The position numbers were made by a program, and so were the translations under genes. DNA of 64,000 nt. Source: Spirochaetota bacterium (lineage in GTDB: Bacteria; Spirochaetota; UBA4802; UBA5550). The first letter of the stretch is position 1. Each line of letters begins with the position of its first letter. Below the pieces are notes generated by a model. That model saw nothing but the letters and a program-made list of their open reading frames with translations, had not been told where the DNA came from and made no database searches. Shown piece after piece: positions 63,806 to 64,000 of the stretch. Location: positions 68,852-132,851 of the forward strand of contig JALOTL010000005.1 of NCBI GenBank assembly GCA_025457915.1. The letters are read 5' to 3'.

Positions 63806-64000
63806 GGCCCGCTGATTTTTTCCGCTGCGCTGTTTTTTCGGTGATAGTTTTTCCTTGGCGGTTTCCGGCGTAATTATCATTTCCTCAACATCTTCATACG
63901 GCCGGCCAGTATCGGCATCCTGTTCGGATTTTAAAGCCTCAAGGATTTCTGGTGGAGCATGCATCCCGGAGACAGTGCCCTGGCTGCCGAGAAACGAGAT
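63806..64000 (-). CDS. C-terminal fragment of an unidentified gene running off the window edge
   Basis: Open minus-strand frame from the window end to a TGA at about 63806 (...PPEILEALKSEQDADTGRPYEDVEEMIITPETAKEKLSPKKQRSGKNQRA). No identifiable domain. Confidence 0.25.

Overview
This 64-kb window reads as a Gram-negative-type bacterial chromosome of moderate AT-richness. It looks deltaproteobacterial (Desulfobacterota-like), based on the ArsR-methyltransferase-type regulator next to ahcY, the outer-membrane beta-barrel proteins and the Wza/Wzc genes, but that assignment is unconfirmed. All calls are from reading the sequence and ORF track by eye; no database searches were run.

Housekeeping blocks on the left are a partial ychF, a methyl-accepting chemotaxis gene, lysA, and a putative sahR-ahcY methyl-cycle operon with a perfect palindromic operator. 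On the right are a leucine-attenuator-controlled leuA, recA-map-folE2-PPIase, a complete F1Fo ATP synthase operon (atpZ-BEFHAGDC), glgP, lepA, rlmB and cysS.

The main accessory region (about 9.9-29.1 kb) is a complete Wzx/Wzy-dependent polysaccharide locus. It encodes a WbaP-like initiating transferase, Wzx, Wzy/ligase-like, Wza-like and Wzc-like proteins and an outer-membrane beta-barrel. It also carries three glycosyltransferases, a glycoside hydrolase, three SAM methyltransferases (two with N-terminal zinc-ribbon/Trm112-like domains), two serine-acetyltransferase-like hexapeptide acetyltransferases (one internally duplicated) and a MiaB-like radical-SAM enzyme. A roughly 115-bp structured intergenic element sits downstream of wbaP. 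A second copy lies just past the far end of the locus and carries a 109-bp terminator-bearing insertion flanked by a 5-bp direct repeat.

Other items worth a look are a metallophosphoesterase-nucleotidyltransferase fusion gene, a four-gene envelope cluster (GHKL-like ATPase, PAP2, FecR-domain lipoprotein, partner lipoprotein), and a cluster encoding an acidic protein, a GAF protein with a degenerate GGDEF domain, an FGE-sulfatase-type enzyme and an orphan PAS histidine kinase.

No tRNA, rRNA, CRISPR array, IS element or integrase was seen.
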